DNA of 64,000 bases from Candidatus Eiseniibacteriota bacterium (GCA_963717505.1 OY970342.1:3392001-3456000); one strand, 5' to 3'. Shown: positions 30,357 to 39,684, counted from the first letter of the stretch. Notes: generated by a model from the sequence alone, not told the origin. Numbers and translations: made by a program.

Positions 30357-32747
30357 ATGCCGCTGACTCTCGGGTCCCGCCTCGGCCCCTACGAGATCGT
30401 CGCCCCGCTCGGCGCGGGAGGGATGGGCGAGGTTTACCGCGCTCGCGACCCGCGCCTCAAGCGCGACATCGCGATCAAGGTGCTGCCCGCCGACGTGACC
30501 TCGTCGCACGACCGCCTCGCCCGTTTGGAGCGCGAAGCGACGACCGTGGCCGGCCTCAACCACCCGAACATCGTCGTGCTCCACTCCATCGAGGAGGCCG
30601 GCGGGATCCGATTCCTCACCATGGAGCTGGTGGAAGGGCGGAGCCTCGCCGAGCTCGTCATTCCCGGCGGATTGCCGATCGCCCAAGTGCTCGACCTCGC
30701 GATCCCGCTCGCCGACGCGCTGGTTGCCGCGCACGAGAAGGGCGTCGTGCACCGGGATCTCAAGCCCGCGAACGTGATGGTGACGCGGGAGGGAAGGGTC
30801 AAGGTGCTGGACTTCGGTCTCGCCAAGCTCACCGAGGCGGAGCCGGATCTCGACGCTACTCACGCCGCGACGATCGCATCGCCGATCTCCGACGGCGGGC
30901 AGGTCGTGGGTACGGTGCCGTACATGGCGCCGGAGCAGATACGTGGCGAAGCTGTCGACGCCCGCACCGACCTGTTCTCGCTCGGGGTTCTGATCTACGA
31001 GCTGGCCGGCGGCCAGCGACCGTTCACCGGGCAGAGCCATGCCGACGTCAGCTCGGCGATCCTGCGCGACCGCCCGCCGTCGCTGACGAGTCTACGCGCG
31101 GACCTCCCGGGCGACCTCGAGCGCATCATCGGTCGCTGTCTCGAAAAGAACCCGCGCGAGCGGTTCCAGACGGCGCTCGACGTGGCCAACGAGCTGCGCT
31201 CGATCCGACGCAGCCTCGAGCGCGATGCATCTCCGGTGCCTCGCCCGGCCGGTCCCCGCCGATCTCGACTCCTGCTCGCGACAGCCGCAGTCGCGATTCT
31301 CATCGTGGTCGTGGTCGCTACCGGCATGGTGCTACGCACCCGCCGCGCGCCGGCTCCGCGAGCGATCCGGTCGCTGGCCGTTCTGCCGCTCGAGAACCTC
31401 TCGCGCGATCCGGAGCAGGACTTCTTCGCGGACGGCATGACCGAGGAGCTGATCACGAGCCTTGCGAACATCGAGGGAGTGAACGTCATCTCGCGCAGCT
31501 CGACGATGCAGTACAAAGGTACGAAGAAAACCATCCCGCAGATCGCGCGTGAGCTGAAGGTGGACGCGGTGGTTGAAGGCTCGGCGATGCGGGCGGGTGA
31601 CGAAGTGCGCATCAGCGCGCAGCTCATCGAAGCGGCGACGGACCGGCACCTTTGGGCAAGAAGCTACCAGCGAAGTCTGGCGAACGTTCTCGTCCTACAG
31701 GGCGAGGTCGCGCAGGCGATCGCCGCGGAGATCCGCTCGACCCTGACGCCCCGGGGGGAGGCGCGGGTCACCGGCGCGCCCTCGGTGAACGCCGCAGCCT
31801 ACGAGGACTATCTCAAGGGGCGATACGAGTGGAGCAAGCGAACGCCGGAGGCATTCCCCCTCGCGGTCGCCCTCTTCGAGCGCGCGATTGCAGCCGACTC
31901 GAGCTACGCAGCAGCTTGGGCCGGGCTGGCGGATGTCTACGCGGTGATGCCCGGCAATCTGATCGAGCCGACTCGACCGCGATTCGTGAAGGCGCTCGAG
32001 GCGGTGCGCCATGCCCTGAGGCTCGACCCCCATCTTGCCGAGGCCCATGCGACGCTGGGATTGCTCAAGTACCGGATGGACTACGACTGGGCGGGGGCCG
32101 ATTCGGAGTTTCACACCGCGCTCGCCCTCAATCCCAGCTATGCAACTGCGCACCAATGGTACGGGCTGTCGCTCGCGGTCCGCGGCAGACTCGACGAGGC
32201 TTCGGCGGCAGTGGCACGCGCCCGCGAGCTCGATCCCTACTCCAACATCGTGCTGTTCAACCAGGGGCAGGTCCTCCAATGGCAGCGCCGGCACGACGAG
32301 GCCATTCTCGTCCTCCAGCGCGTCATCAAGTCCAGCCCCGGGTCCAGCCTCGCTGGCCATGCATGGCTCGCTCGCGCCTACTATGCCAATCGGATGTATC
32401 CGGCTGCCCTCGCGGAATTCATGATCGCGGATTCGTTGGAAGGGGGAAGGCTGCACCGCGACCAACGGATCCGCTCGGCTGTGCTCACGGGGGACACGAA
32501 GCTGTTCTGGAACCTATTGGTTGCCGACCAGGAGGAGCGGGTGAGGGAAAGATACCTGAGCCCGAACACCATGATTGTCGGATACGCTCAGCTCGGCGAC
32601 GCCGACCGGGCCTTCTATTGGGCGGAGAGAGCGCTGGAGGACCTCGACTTCAGAATCCTGGCCACTCTCCGGGACGCGATGCTGGACCCGCTGCGCTCCG
32701 ACCCGCGCTTCGCTGCGATCTTACGGAAGCACGGGCTCGAGCCGTGA
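30357..32747 (+). CDS. Ser/Thr protein kinase + TM + TolB-N-like + TPR (paralog of 11179)
   Basis: Kinase part nearly identical to 11179-13566; TPR part clearly diverged. Confidence 0.94.
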   Translation: MPLTLGSRLGPYEIVAPLGAGGMGEVYRARDPRLKRDIAIKVLPADVTSSHDRLARLEREATTVAGLNHPNIVVLHSIEEAGGIRFLTMELVEGRSLAELVIPGGLPIAQVLDLAIPLADALVAAHEKGVVHRDLKPANVMVTREGRVKVLDFGLAKLTEAEPDLDATHAATIASPISDGGQVVGTVPYMAPEQIRGEAVDARTDLFSLGVLIYELAGGQRPFTGQSHADVSSAILRDRPPSLTSLRADLPGDLERIIGRCLEKNPRERFQTALDVANELRSIRRSLERDASPVPRPAGPRRSRLLLATAAVAILIVVVVATGMVLRTRRAPAPRAIRSLAVLPLENLSRDPEQDFFADGMTEELITSLANIEGVNVISRSSTMQYKGTKKTIPQIARELKVDAVVEGSAMRAGDEVRISAQLIEAATDRHLWARSYQRSLANVLVLQGEVAQAIAAEIRSTLTPRGEARVTGAPSVNAAAYEDYLKGRYEWSKRTPEAFPLAVALFERAIAADSSYAAAWAGLADVYAVMPGNLIEPTRPRFVKALEAVRHALRLDPHLAEAHATLGLLKYRMDYDWAGADSEFHTALALNPSYATAHQWYGLSLAVRGRLDEASAAVARARELDPYSNIVLFNQGQVLQWQRRHDEAILVLQRVIKSSPGSSLAGHAWLARAYYANRMYPAALAEFMIADSLEGGRLHRDQRIRSAVLTGDTKLFWNLLVADQEERVRERYLSPNTMIVGYAQLGDADRAFYWAERALEDLDFRILATLRDAMLDPLRSDPRFAAILRKHGLEP

Positions 32748-33079
32748 GCAAGCCGAGGTCGGTGATCTTCGTGAGCCTTCCATACATCGTGGTGGAGGGA
32801 GGTTATAGCCTGGCACTCGTTGGCCTCAGAATTCCACGCGAGAACCTTGATTCCGCCACCAGCGACCTCAAAGCCCGCCTCATGGGGCGCAGGATCACGG
32901 CCACGTTTCCTCCCGAATACGTGGTGAGCTACAAGCCGGACATGCGAAACGGTGTCACCTCACCGTACGCACGAGGCAAAGCTCGGAGTTTCGGCGATGC
33001 TCCGGCCGTGTTCGACCTTGATGGCGTGGACGTGATCAAGGAGATCAACCATCGCTGGGGCCGCGCGAAGGTGCGTTGA
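32744..33079 (+). pseudogene. 5'-truncated paralog of 20717-21427 (possibly still translated via GTGA coupling)
   Basis: VSKPRSVIFVSLPYIVVEGG...HRWGRAKVR matches the C-half; DNA homology extends to ~33106. Confidence 0.75.
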
Positions 33080-33325
33080 AAGCACGCGAGATCGCGAAGC
33101 CCTCGCCGATGCTCACGAGTCCAATCTGGGCCTTGCCGGCACGTCCACGTATCCCGACCGAACCCCATTGGGGGACACCGGACGCGTTGAGCCGCTGCGC
33201 CTGGAGATCGGTTGTTAACCCTCCTCGCATGCTGGATGCCATTTGCGTCTGGTCACGCCTCACCTTACGATCCGCTCGCATCCACAGCGCCACTAGCCGT
33301 AGCCGGCTCTCGGAGAACCTGCACT

Positions 33326-34111
33326 TTGCGGACCACGCCCACCCCGTCCCATGGCGTTCGGTTCCTGTTGTTACTGGTTTCGTGGATCTCGATCGCGGGT
33401 GGTCTGCTTGCCACCACCTGCGCGGGCGCGGCGCCCTCCGAATGGCTCGCAGCGGACCCGCTTCAAGCCGGAGGCGACTCCGTAGCGGCCGCCGACCGGA
33501 CGCCGACAAACCGGACGCAGCCATCGGCAACGCAGACATCCCCAAAGCCGAAAACCAAAGCCAACGGGATCCATCTGCACGGCGGGCTGTTCTCGCCGAT
33601 CGACGTCAATGCGACGAGCCCGACGCTCGGAATGCGCCTCGCCAGGCGTCTGGGCTCGCACCTGCAGGGAGGCCTGCTGGTCGGCTGGACGTTAGAGAGG
33701 AAGAGTCTGGAGCAACCTGTCGACGGTCTTCCGGGCCTGCAGCCTCACCTGATTCTTGCGCGTGTCACCGGACATCTGGTGCCCGCGATGGCGTTCCTTC
33801 AGGTGAACCTCACTGAGAAGCGCTTCCTGGCGCCCTATGCCGGCATCGCCACCGGCTACGAGTGGTTCTTCCTCCGCGCCAACGACTATCGCACCGCCGA
33901 GACGGCCTCGGCGACGTTCGCGAATTGGGCGTGGGAGAGTTGGGGAGGGATCGGCATGCGAATGGACCCGGGCACGCGTGTCGACGTCGAGCTCTTCTAC
34001 AACGGCGGATCGCTCGAGCGCGAGGTCACAGACTCTAGCGGTCGAAGCTGGAGTGAAGCGGTCCAAGTAAACGGTGTGGGAGCGAGGGTGGGCTTGGACA
34101 TCCTCTTCTAG
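33326..34111 (+). CDS. Outer-membrane beta-barrel protein
   Basis: Signal-like N-terminus, APYAGIATGY, terminal RVGLDILF; TTG start after GGAGA (uncertain). Confidence 0.75.
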   Translation: MRTTPTPSHGVRFLLLLVSWISIAGGLLATTCAGAAPSEWLAADPLQAGGDSVAAADRTPTNRTQPSATQTSPKPKTKANGIHLHGGLFSPIDVNATSPTLGMRLARRLGSHLQGGLLVGWTLERKSLEQPVDGLPGLQPHLILARVTGHLVPAMAFLQVNLTEKRFLAPYAGIATGYEWFFLRANDYRTAETASATFANWAWESWGGIGMRMDPGTRVDVELFYNGGSLEREVTDSSGRSWSEAVQVNGVGARVGLDILF

Positions 34112-34140
34112 ACGTGTTGTTCATCATCAGAGTCCGTGCC

Positions 34141-34806
34141 ATGAGAGGCCTTCACGCCCCAGCGCAGTGCGTTCACCTCGTGCCGCTGCTCGCATTGTGG
34201 TTGTCTCACGTCCTGGGTGTCCCCGCGGCAATTGCGCAGCAGGCGCCCGCGATCTGGTCGGTCCAACTGCATGCTGGACTGTTCACGCCGATCGAGGCCA
34301 GCGGGGCGAGCCCCTCGGTTGGAATGCGCTACGGCAAGCATTACGGCTCGCATGTCCAGGGAGGCTTGCTGACCGGGTGGACGTTGAAGAGCATGAAACT
34401 CACGGCGCCCGCCGAGGGCCTTCAGGGCAGCAACTCTCTTGTCGAGCTCGCCCGGGTCGACGCGCATCTGGTCCCCCTGATGGGATTCATGCAGGTCAAT
34501 TTCACGGAGAAATCTCGGCTGGTGCCCTTTGTCGGCATCGGCGCAGGCTATGAGTGGTTGCTCGTCGACGCGAAGGACTATCGGACCGAACTGAAGTCCG
34601 AGGCGGACTACGGCAGCCTGGCCTGGGAGGCCTACACCGGCGTCGGCTTGCGACTGAACAGCGAGGTGCGCCTGAATGGCGAGCTGTTCTACAACGGAGG
34701 TTCGCTGGAACGCGGCGTGTCCGACCCAAGTGGGCGCGCATGGCGTGAAGCGATCAATGTGAACGGCGTGGGAATGCGAGTGGGAGTGGACACGGTGTTC
34801 GAGTGA
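34141..34806 (+). CDS. Outer-membrane beta-barrel protein, tandem paralog
   Basis: Shares LHxGLFxPI, QGGLLxGWTL, FxQVNxTEK and ELFYNGGSLER with the upstream gene. Confidence 0.78.
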   Translation: MRGLHAPAQCVHLVPLLALWLSHVLGVPAAIAQQAPAIWSVQLHAGLFTPIEASGASPSVGMRYGKHYGSHVQGGLLTGWTLKSMKLTAPAEGLQGSNSLVELARVDAHLVPLMGFMQVNFTEKSRLVPFVGIGAGYEWLLVDAKDYRTELKSEADYGSLAWEAYTGVGLRLNSEVRLNGELFYNGGSLERGVSDPSGRAWREAINVNGVGMRVGVDTVFE

Positions 34807-36317
34807 CGCGGGCTCGGGCTGCCACCATCGCAATGCTGGTGGCGACGGCGCTCGTTCACCTGCCGGCGATGGCGCAGTACGGCTGGTTCCGAGACGAGCT
34901 CTACTACGTGTCCTGTGCGAAACGCCTGGCCTGGGGCTACGTGGACCATCCCCCGCTGTCGATCGCGGTGCTCGCCGCGTGGCGGACGATCGTCGGGGAC
35001 TCGCTCGTCGGCATGCGGTTGGTGCCGCTCGCCGCGCACCTCATCGTCGTCTGGCTGACGATGCGGCTCGCGCGTCGGCTCGGCGGCGGCGCGTTCGCGC
35101 AGGCGCTCGCCGGCGTCGGCGCACTCGCCTCACTCGTCTACCTTGGCGGCACCCATCAATACTCGATGAACGCACTCGACCTCGTGCTCTGGCTGCTCGC
35201 GGCGATGGCGTTGTTGCGCGCATTGGAGCGGGAACGGCTCGCCGATTGGGCGTGGCTCGGCGTGGCGGTGGGAGCGGGGCTCCTGAACAAGCTGAGCATG
35301 CTCTGGTGCGCCGGTGGCCTGGTGCTCGGCGTGCTCGTGAGTCGCAGGCGGCGGGTGCTCGCGACGCCGGGTCCGTGGCTCGCCGCGGCGCTCGCAGCCG
35401 CGATCTTCGCACCGCATGTTGCGTGGCAGGTGGCGCACGGCTGGCCGACGCTCGAGTTCATGCGCAACGCGACCGCGCAGAAGATGGTCGCGAGCTCGTT
35501 CCCCGGATTCCTCATCGGGCAGGTGCTGGTCATGAACCCGCTGGCGGCGCCGATCTGGCTCGCGGGGCTCGTGCGCGGGCTGCGCGGCCGCGCCGGCGAC
35601 CTGGGGCTCGTGCTCGCCGTCCAGTACGTGGCGGTGTTCGCACTCCTGGTCATCGTGCGCACGGCACGCGCCGATTACCTGGCGCCGGCCTACCCCGGGC
35701 TTCTCGCACTCGGCGCCGTGGCGATCGAGCGCGCGACGTCGGCCCCCGGCCGCAAGGCGTGGAAGGTCGCCGCCGTCGCGTTGCCGCTCGCGGGGATGCT
35801 CGCACTGCTCCCGCTTGCGCTTCCCGTGCTGCCGCCGGACGCCTTCGTGCGCTACCAAACCGCGATCGGCCGCAAGCCCGCCGCGGTGGAGCACCACCGC
35901 ATGGGCGTGCTGCCGCAGTCCTACGCCGACATGTTCGGCTGGCCGGAGTTCGCCGACTCGGTGGCGCGCGCGGCCGCGACGCTCACGCCGGAGGAGCGGC
36001 GTCGCGCGATCGTCATCGTGGACAACTATGGCGAGGCCGGGGCACTCGAGATGTTCGGCAACGGCCGGCTGCCGCGCATCGCCAGTCAGCACAACACTTG
36101 GTATTTGTGGGGACCGCCCGCGTGGGACCAATCCGTAGCGATCTTCGTGGGGCGCGACAGCGCCGAGGTGGCGGAGGAATGCGACACCGTGCGGGTCGTC
36201 GGCATCGCGGGGCACCCGCTCGCGATGCCCTACGAGCGCGACATGCCGATCGTGATCGCGCGCCACTTCCGCCCCGACCTCGCCGCCGCGTGGAAGCAGG
36301 GGAAGCACTACCAGTGA
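34803..36317 (+). CDS. GT39/ArnT-like (GT-C) glycosyltransferase
   Basis: FRDELYY...LAWGYVDHPPL, GLLNK, ADMFGW, NYGEAGA. Confidence 0.88.
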   Translation: MTRARAATIAMLVATALVHLPAMAQYGWFRDELYYVSCAKRLAWGYVDHPPLSIAVLAAWRTIVGDSLVGMRLVPLAAHLIVVWLTMRLARRLGGGAFAQALAGVGALASLVYLGGTHQYSMNALDLVLWLLAAMALLRALERERLADWAWLGVAVGAGLLNKLSMLWCAGGLVLGVLVSRRRRVLATPGPWLAAALAAAIFAPHVAWQVAHGWPTLEFMRNATAQKMVASSFPGFLIGQVLVMNPLAAPIWLAGLVRGLRGRAGDLGLVLAVQYVAVFALLVIVRTARADYLAPAYPGLLALGAVAIERATSAPGRKAWKVAAVALPLAGMLALLPLALPVLPPDAFVRYQTAIGRKPAAVEHHRMGVLPQSYADMFGWPEFADSVARAAATLTPEERRRAIVIVDNYGEAGALEMFGNGRLPRIASQHNTWYLWGPPAWDQSVAIFVGRDSAEVAEECDTVRVVGIAGHPLAMPYERDMPIVIARHFRPDLAAAWKQGKHYQ

Positions 36318-36393
36318 CACGCTGACGTCGCAACCGCCTTACGGTGCTCGTAGCGCTCCTGATCTGATAGCCTCGTCCTCGGAGACGTTCCCG

Positions 36394-37183
36394 ATGCGCG
36401 TCGCCGCGCTCTACGACATCCACGGAAACCTCCCCGCACTGGACGCCGCGCTGGACGATGTCCGCCGCGCCGGCGCTGACCGCATCGTCGTCGGCGGTGA
36501 TGTGGTGCCCGGGCCGGTGCCGCGGGAGACGATCGAGCGGCTCATGAATCTGCCGCTGCCGGTAGACTTCATTCACGGCAACTGCGAGCGGGCGGTGCTG
36601 GCGCAGATGGCGGTGTCGAAGGCGGAACTGGCGACCTATTGGGGAACGGTCTCCGGCAAGCCGCTGCCCGAGCCACACCTGGCGCGCATGCGCTGGGCGG
36701 CGGAGCAGCTGCCGGACTACCAGGGGCTGTTCGCCGGCTGGCCGTGCACGTTGCGCCTCGCTATCGATGGGTTGGGAGAGACTCTGTTCTGCCACGCCAC
36801 GCCTCGGAGCGAGACCGAAGTCTTCACGCGCCTGACGTCCGAGGAGCGGCTGGCCCCCCTGTTCGAGAGCCTGGGGGTCGAACTCGTGGTCTGCGGACAC
36901 ACCCACATGCAGTTCGAACGCCGCGTCGGAGCCACTCGCGTGGTGAACGCGGGCAGCGTCGGGGGCCCCGATCGGGAGGACGGGCGCGTTCTGGGTGATG
37001 CTTGGCGATGGCGTCGAGCTGCGGTGCACGAGCTACGACCTCGATGACGCGGCGGAGCGAATTCGGCGCACGGCGTATCCGGCGGCGGACGAGGCGGCGC
37101 AGATTCTGCTCGAGCCGCCCTCGGAAGTGGAGATGCTCGAACTCTATGGCAGCTTCGAGCTGACTGGTAGCCCCGCGACCTAG
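36394..37183 (+). CDS. Metallophosphoesterase (YfcE-like); frameshift near 36965
   Basis: DIHGN, GGD, GNCE, GHTH, NAGSVG; continues in another frame GAFWVMLGDGVELRCTSYD. Confidence 0.85.
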
Positions 37184-37208
37184 AACCCGTAGGACTCGCC
37201 CCTCGCCG

Positions 37209-37310
37209 TCACCGCGCGACGGCGATCTTTCTCTGGATCCGTTGCGCACCGGACGCCAGCTGGTAGAAGCACACGCCCGCGGCCGTGGGCCGGCGACGTC
37301 GACCACACTG
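37209..37310 (-). pseudogene. Orphan C-terminal fragment of a T9SS-A/FlgD-like CTD
   Basis: ...RPTAAGVCFYQLASGAQRIQRKIAVAR* resembles the CTD ends at 21485, 42291 and 52665. Confidence 0.55.
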
Positions 37311-37321
37311 CCAGAAGCGCC

Positions 37322-37350
37322 TTGCGTGATTCGCAGCAATCGCACACAGT
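37322..37350 (+). promoter_or_regulatory. Candidate sigma70 promoter of the tRNA
   Basis: TTGCGT-N17-CACAGT; weak -10 match. Confidence 0.3.
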
Positions 37351-37361
37351 CGCCCGCCCGT

Positions 37362-37438
37362 GGCCCCGTAGCTCAGACGGATAGAGCAGCGGTTTCCTAA
37401 ACCGCGTGCCACTGGTTCGACTCCAGTCGGGGCCACCA
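37362..37438 (+). tRNA. tRNA-Arg (anticodon CCT)
   Basis: Acceptor GGCCCCG/CGGGGCC, D arm GCTC..GAGC, anticodon arm GCGGT-TTCCTAA-ACCGC, T arm ACTGG-TTCGACT-CCAGT, encoded CCA. Confidence 0.97.
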
Positions 37439-37589
37439 ACCACCATCCGCCAACGCGTGGGAAGCCATGCCTTCACCGGATGCCCTGGACCGTCGAGCCA
37501 GGTACCAACCCATGGCTCCCAATCGCCATCAGCACCGCAGACCGTCCAGTTTGAATCGGCTTGTGCCGATATGGTAAATACGCCATGCT

Positions 37590-37955
37590 ATGGATGGCGT
37601 CACGCAAAGAAAGCCCCTCTTCTGGGTCGGCTCGTCTAGGAAGGATCTTCGCGAATTCCCGGAAGAGGTAAAGGACATCATGGGCCACGCTCTCGATCTT
37701 GCCCAACTGGGAGGGAAGCACCCGAAGGCGAAGCTGCTACTCGGTTTTGGTGGTGGCGTCCTTGAAATCGTGGACGATTTCTCTGGCGACACATATCGCG
37801 CCGTATACACGGTACGATTCGTGGGCGCCGTCTACGCTCTCCACGCGTTTCAGAAGTCGAAGCGGGGCATCAAGACACCCCAGAGGGAGCTGGACCTCAT
37901 CAGGGAGCGGCTCAAGCGAGCCGAGCTGGCCTATGCGAGTTGGAGCAAGTCGTGA
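37590..37955 (+). CDS. higB: RelE/HigB (Gp49-like) toxin
   Basis: KPLFWVGSSRKDLREFP...GVLEI..TYRAVY..YALHAFQK; toxin-first gene order. Confidence 0.88.
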   Translation: MDGVTQRKPLFWVGSSRKDLREFPEEVKDIMGHALDLAQLGGKHPKAKLLLGFGGGVLEIVDDFSGDTYRAVYTVRFVGAVYALHAFQKSKRGIKTPQRELDLIRERLKRAELAYASWSKS

Positions 37956-37968
37956 ACGTAGGCGTCGC

Positions 37969-38334
37969 ATGAAATCCAGGATCAACGTGACACGCAGCAG
38001 CGGAAACGTCTTCAAGGACCTCGGCCTCCCAGACAGTGAAGAGCTCCTCGCGAAGTCTGAGATCGTCTCGCGTATTGCATCCATCATGCGGCGACGTTCC
38101 CTCACTCAAGTTGAGACGGCGAAGGTCCTGGGCGTGAGCCAGGCGGACGTGTCCGACCTCGTTCGTGGAAAGCTATCGGGGTTCTCCACAGACCGACTCT
38201 TTCGATTCTTGAATGCGCTCGGACAAGACGTGGAGATCAGGATGCCAAGACGCCTTCGCGCGCACTCCGGGCGCCTTCGCGTCGTGGTCGATCGTCCCGA
38301 GGCTACCGCAGGCGGCTCTCGCAGCAAGAGGTAG
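37969..38334 (+). CDS. higA: XRE/HTH_37 antitoxin
   Basis: SSGNVFKDLGLPD...LTQVETAKVLGVSQADVSDL..GFSTDRL. Confidence 0.88.
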   Translation: MKSRINVTRSSGNVFKDLGLPDSEELLAKSEIVSRIASIMRRRSLTQVETAKVLGVSQADVSDLVRGKLSGFSTDRLFRFLNALGQDVEIRMPRRLRAHSGRLRVVVDRPEATAGGSRSKR

Positions 38335-38379
38335 GGCGCCAACCACTTCGGCTGCTAGCGTTCCTCGGCGGCCCGCCTG

Positions 38380-38928
38380 TTGTACTCGCTGCAACCCTGC
38401 AGAGCCAACGGCCTGACGTCATGGGCTTTGAGCGGCCCGGCCCACTCCGACTTCGTCGTCCCTCATAGAGTGCTGCGTGCCTGGGCACTTGGCGCCCGAC
38501 GCGAACTGATCGCTGACGCCAAGCTCATCGGCGACGCGCTCCATGTCGTTTCCTGCGAGCCCGAGAGCTACCAGATTCCCGTGGAGGGCTTGGGAGTCTT
38601 TCGCGACATGCCGTCCAGCCAACGAGGCAAGTTCGAGATCGCGGACGACGGCAGCTACATCCTTTGGCCGACCCAGGACATCCATCTCGACCTCGATGCG
38701 CTGCTCGCTTCCATTGACCCGGAACGTCGGGCAAGGGCGCAGCGCGTCAAGCACTCCTATGGCCAGCAGTACGGTGCGGCCATTGCTCGCCTGCGCCAAA
38801 AGCGTGGCTTGAACGGAAGAAGGCACATGAGACCCGGCACAAAGGTGACTAAGGGCAAGGCCCGCGAGGTCCCGCGCTTCGAGACCGCCGGCACCACTAC
38901 TTCCTCTTCTTCTTCACGACGTGGGTGA
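38380..38928 (+). pseudogene. Chimeric remnant: DUF2442 domain + start of an HTH, followed by a possible CopG-antitoxin N-terminus
   Basis: FEIADDGSYILWPTQDIHLDL; YGAAIARLRQKRGL is cut off; then MRPGTKVTKGKAREVPRFETA from 38827. Confidence 0.55.
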
Positions 38929-39349
38929 CCTTCTTCTTCGCGGTGCTCTTCCTTGGCCGGACCTTCTCTGAGTTTCTGCGGAGCCACTCCGCGAAGGCTG
39001 GTGCATCCACTTCTCGCTTGGACAGTCCAAGCACCAGCTCCACTGCCTCTACCTCAGAGGCAGTGACGATGACCCCATTCTTCTCCAGGAACGTCAGCGC
39101 GACGGTGAGGGCGACACGCTTGTTGCCATCCACGAACGAATGGTCCTGCGTCAGCGCCCGTGCGTAGGCGGCCGCCAGCTCGAATACATCCGAGACGCCG
39201 CTGTGTGCGAAGTGGTTCCTTGGACTGTCGAGCGCGGAGTCGAGGAGGTGCTCAGCAACGAAGCCTGGAGCACCCCCGTGTTCAGCGAGAAGCGCCTCGT
39301 GGATGGCGAGCGTGGACTTCTTTGAAATCCACTTTGGCTCGCTCGTCAC
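38897..39349 (-). CDS. doc: Doc (Fic-family) toxin
   Basis: HSFVDGNKR motif; LLDSALDSP. Confidence 0.9.
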   Translation of the reverse strand: MTSEPKWISKKSTLAIHEALLAEHGGAPGFVAEHLLDSALDSPRNHFAHSGVSDVFELAAAYARALTQDHSFVDGNKRVALTVALTFLEKNGVIVTASEVEAVELVLGLSKREVDAPAFAEWLRRNSEKVRPRKSTAKKKVTHVVKKKRK

Positions 39350-39570
39350 TTCGCGAGTTCACGAAGCGCGTTCTTGTACCTGCGCATCACTCCTTCGGCA
39401 ACCTTCATCGTCTCCGCGAAGTCTGGATCGTAGGCGGTGATCCTGAGTCCCTCGGGCGATTCCGTCAGAAACAACTCGTCGCCCTCGTTCACATGAAGCG
39501 CCTGAAGTGCTCGGGCAGGAAGGATGACCCCGTAGGAGTTGCCGATCTTTCTAACTGTGGTTTTGACCAT
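39346..39570 (-). CDS. AbrB/MazE-type antitoxin
   Basis: VRKIGNSYGVILP...YKNALRELAK; palindrome GTTATAAC at 39595-39602 upstream. Confidence 0.9.
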   Translation of the reverse strand: MVKTTVRKIGNSYGVILPARALQALHVNEGDELFLTESPEGLRITAYDPDFAETMKVAEGVMRRYKNALRELAK

Positions 39571-39684
39571 AGGACCCTCCCGTTGCCTACAGATGTTATA
39601 ACTTATCGGCAGGTTCAGCAAGAGCTTGGGGACTCAGGTCGTGCAATTTGCCAAGAGGTCCGACGGGGCCTGCGAGCCGCGAGA

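Noticed and set aside
12600-32747. Diversity-generating retroelement (TR/VR) explanation for kinase TPR variation
   Set aside because: The differences are not adenine-restricted, both copies are full genes, and there is no reverse transcriptase in the window.
38335-38347. GGCGCCAACCAC as a degenerate attR of the tRNA 3' end
   Set aside because: Only about 8 bp are shared (CCAACCAC), which is too weak.
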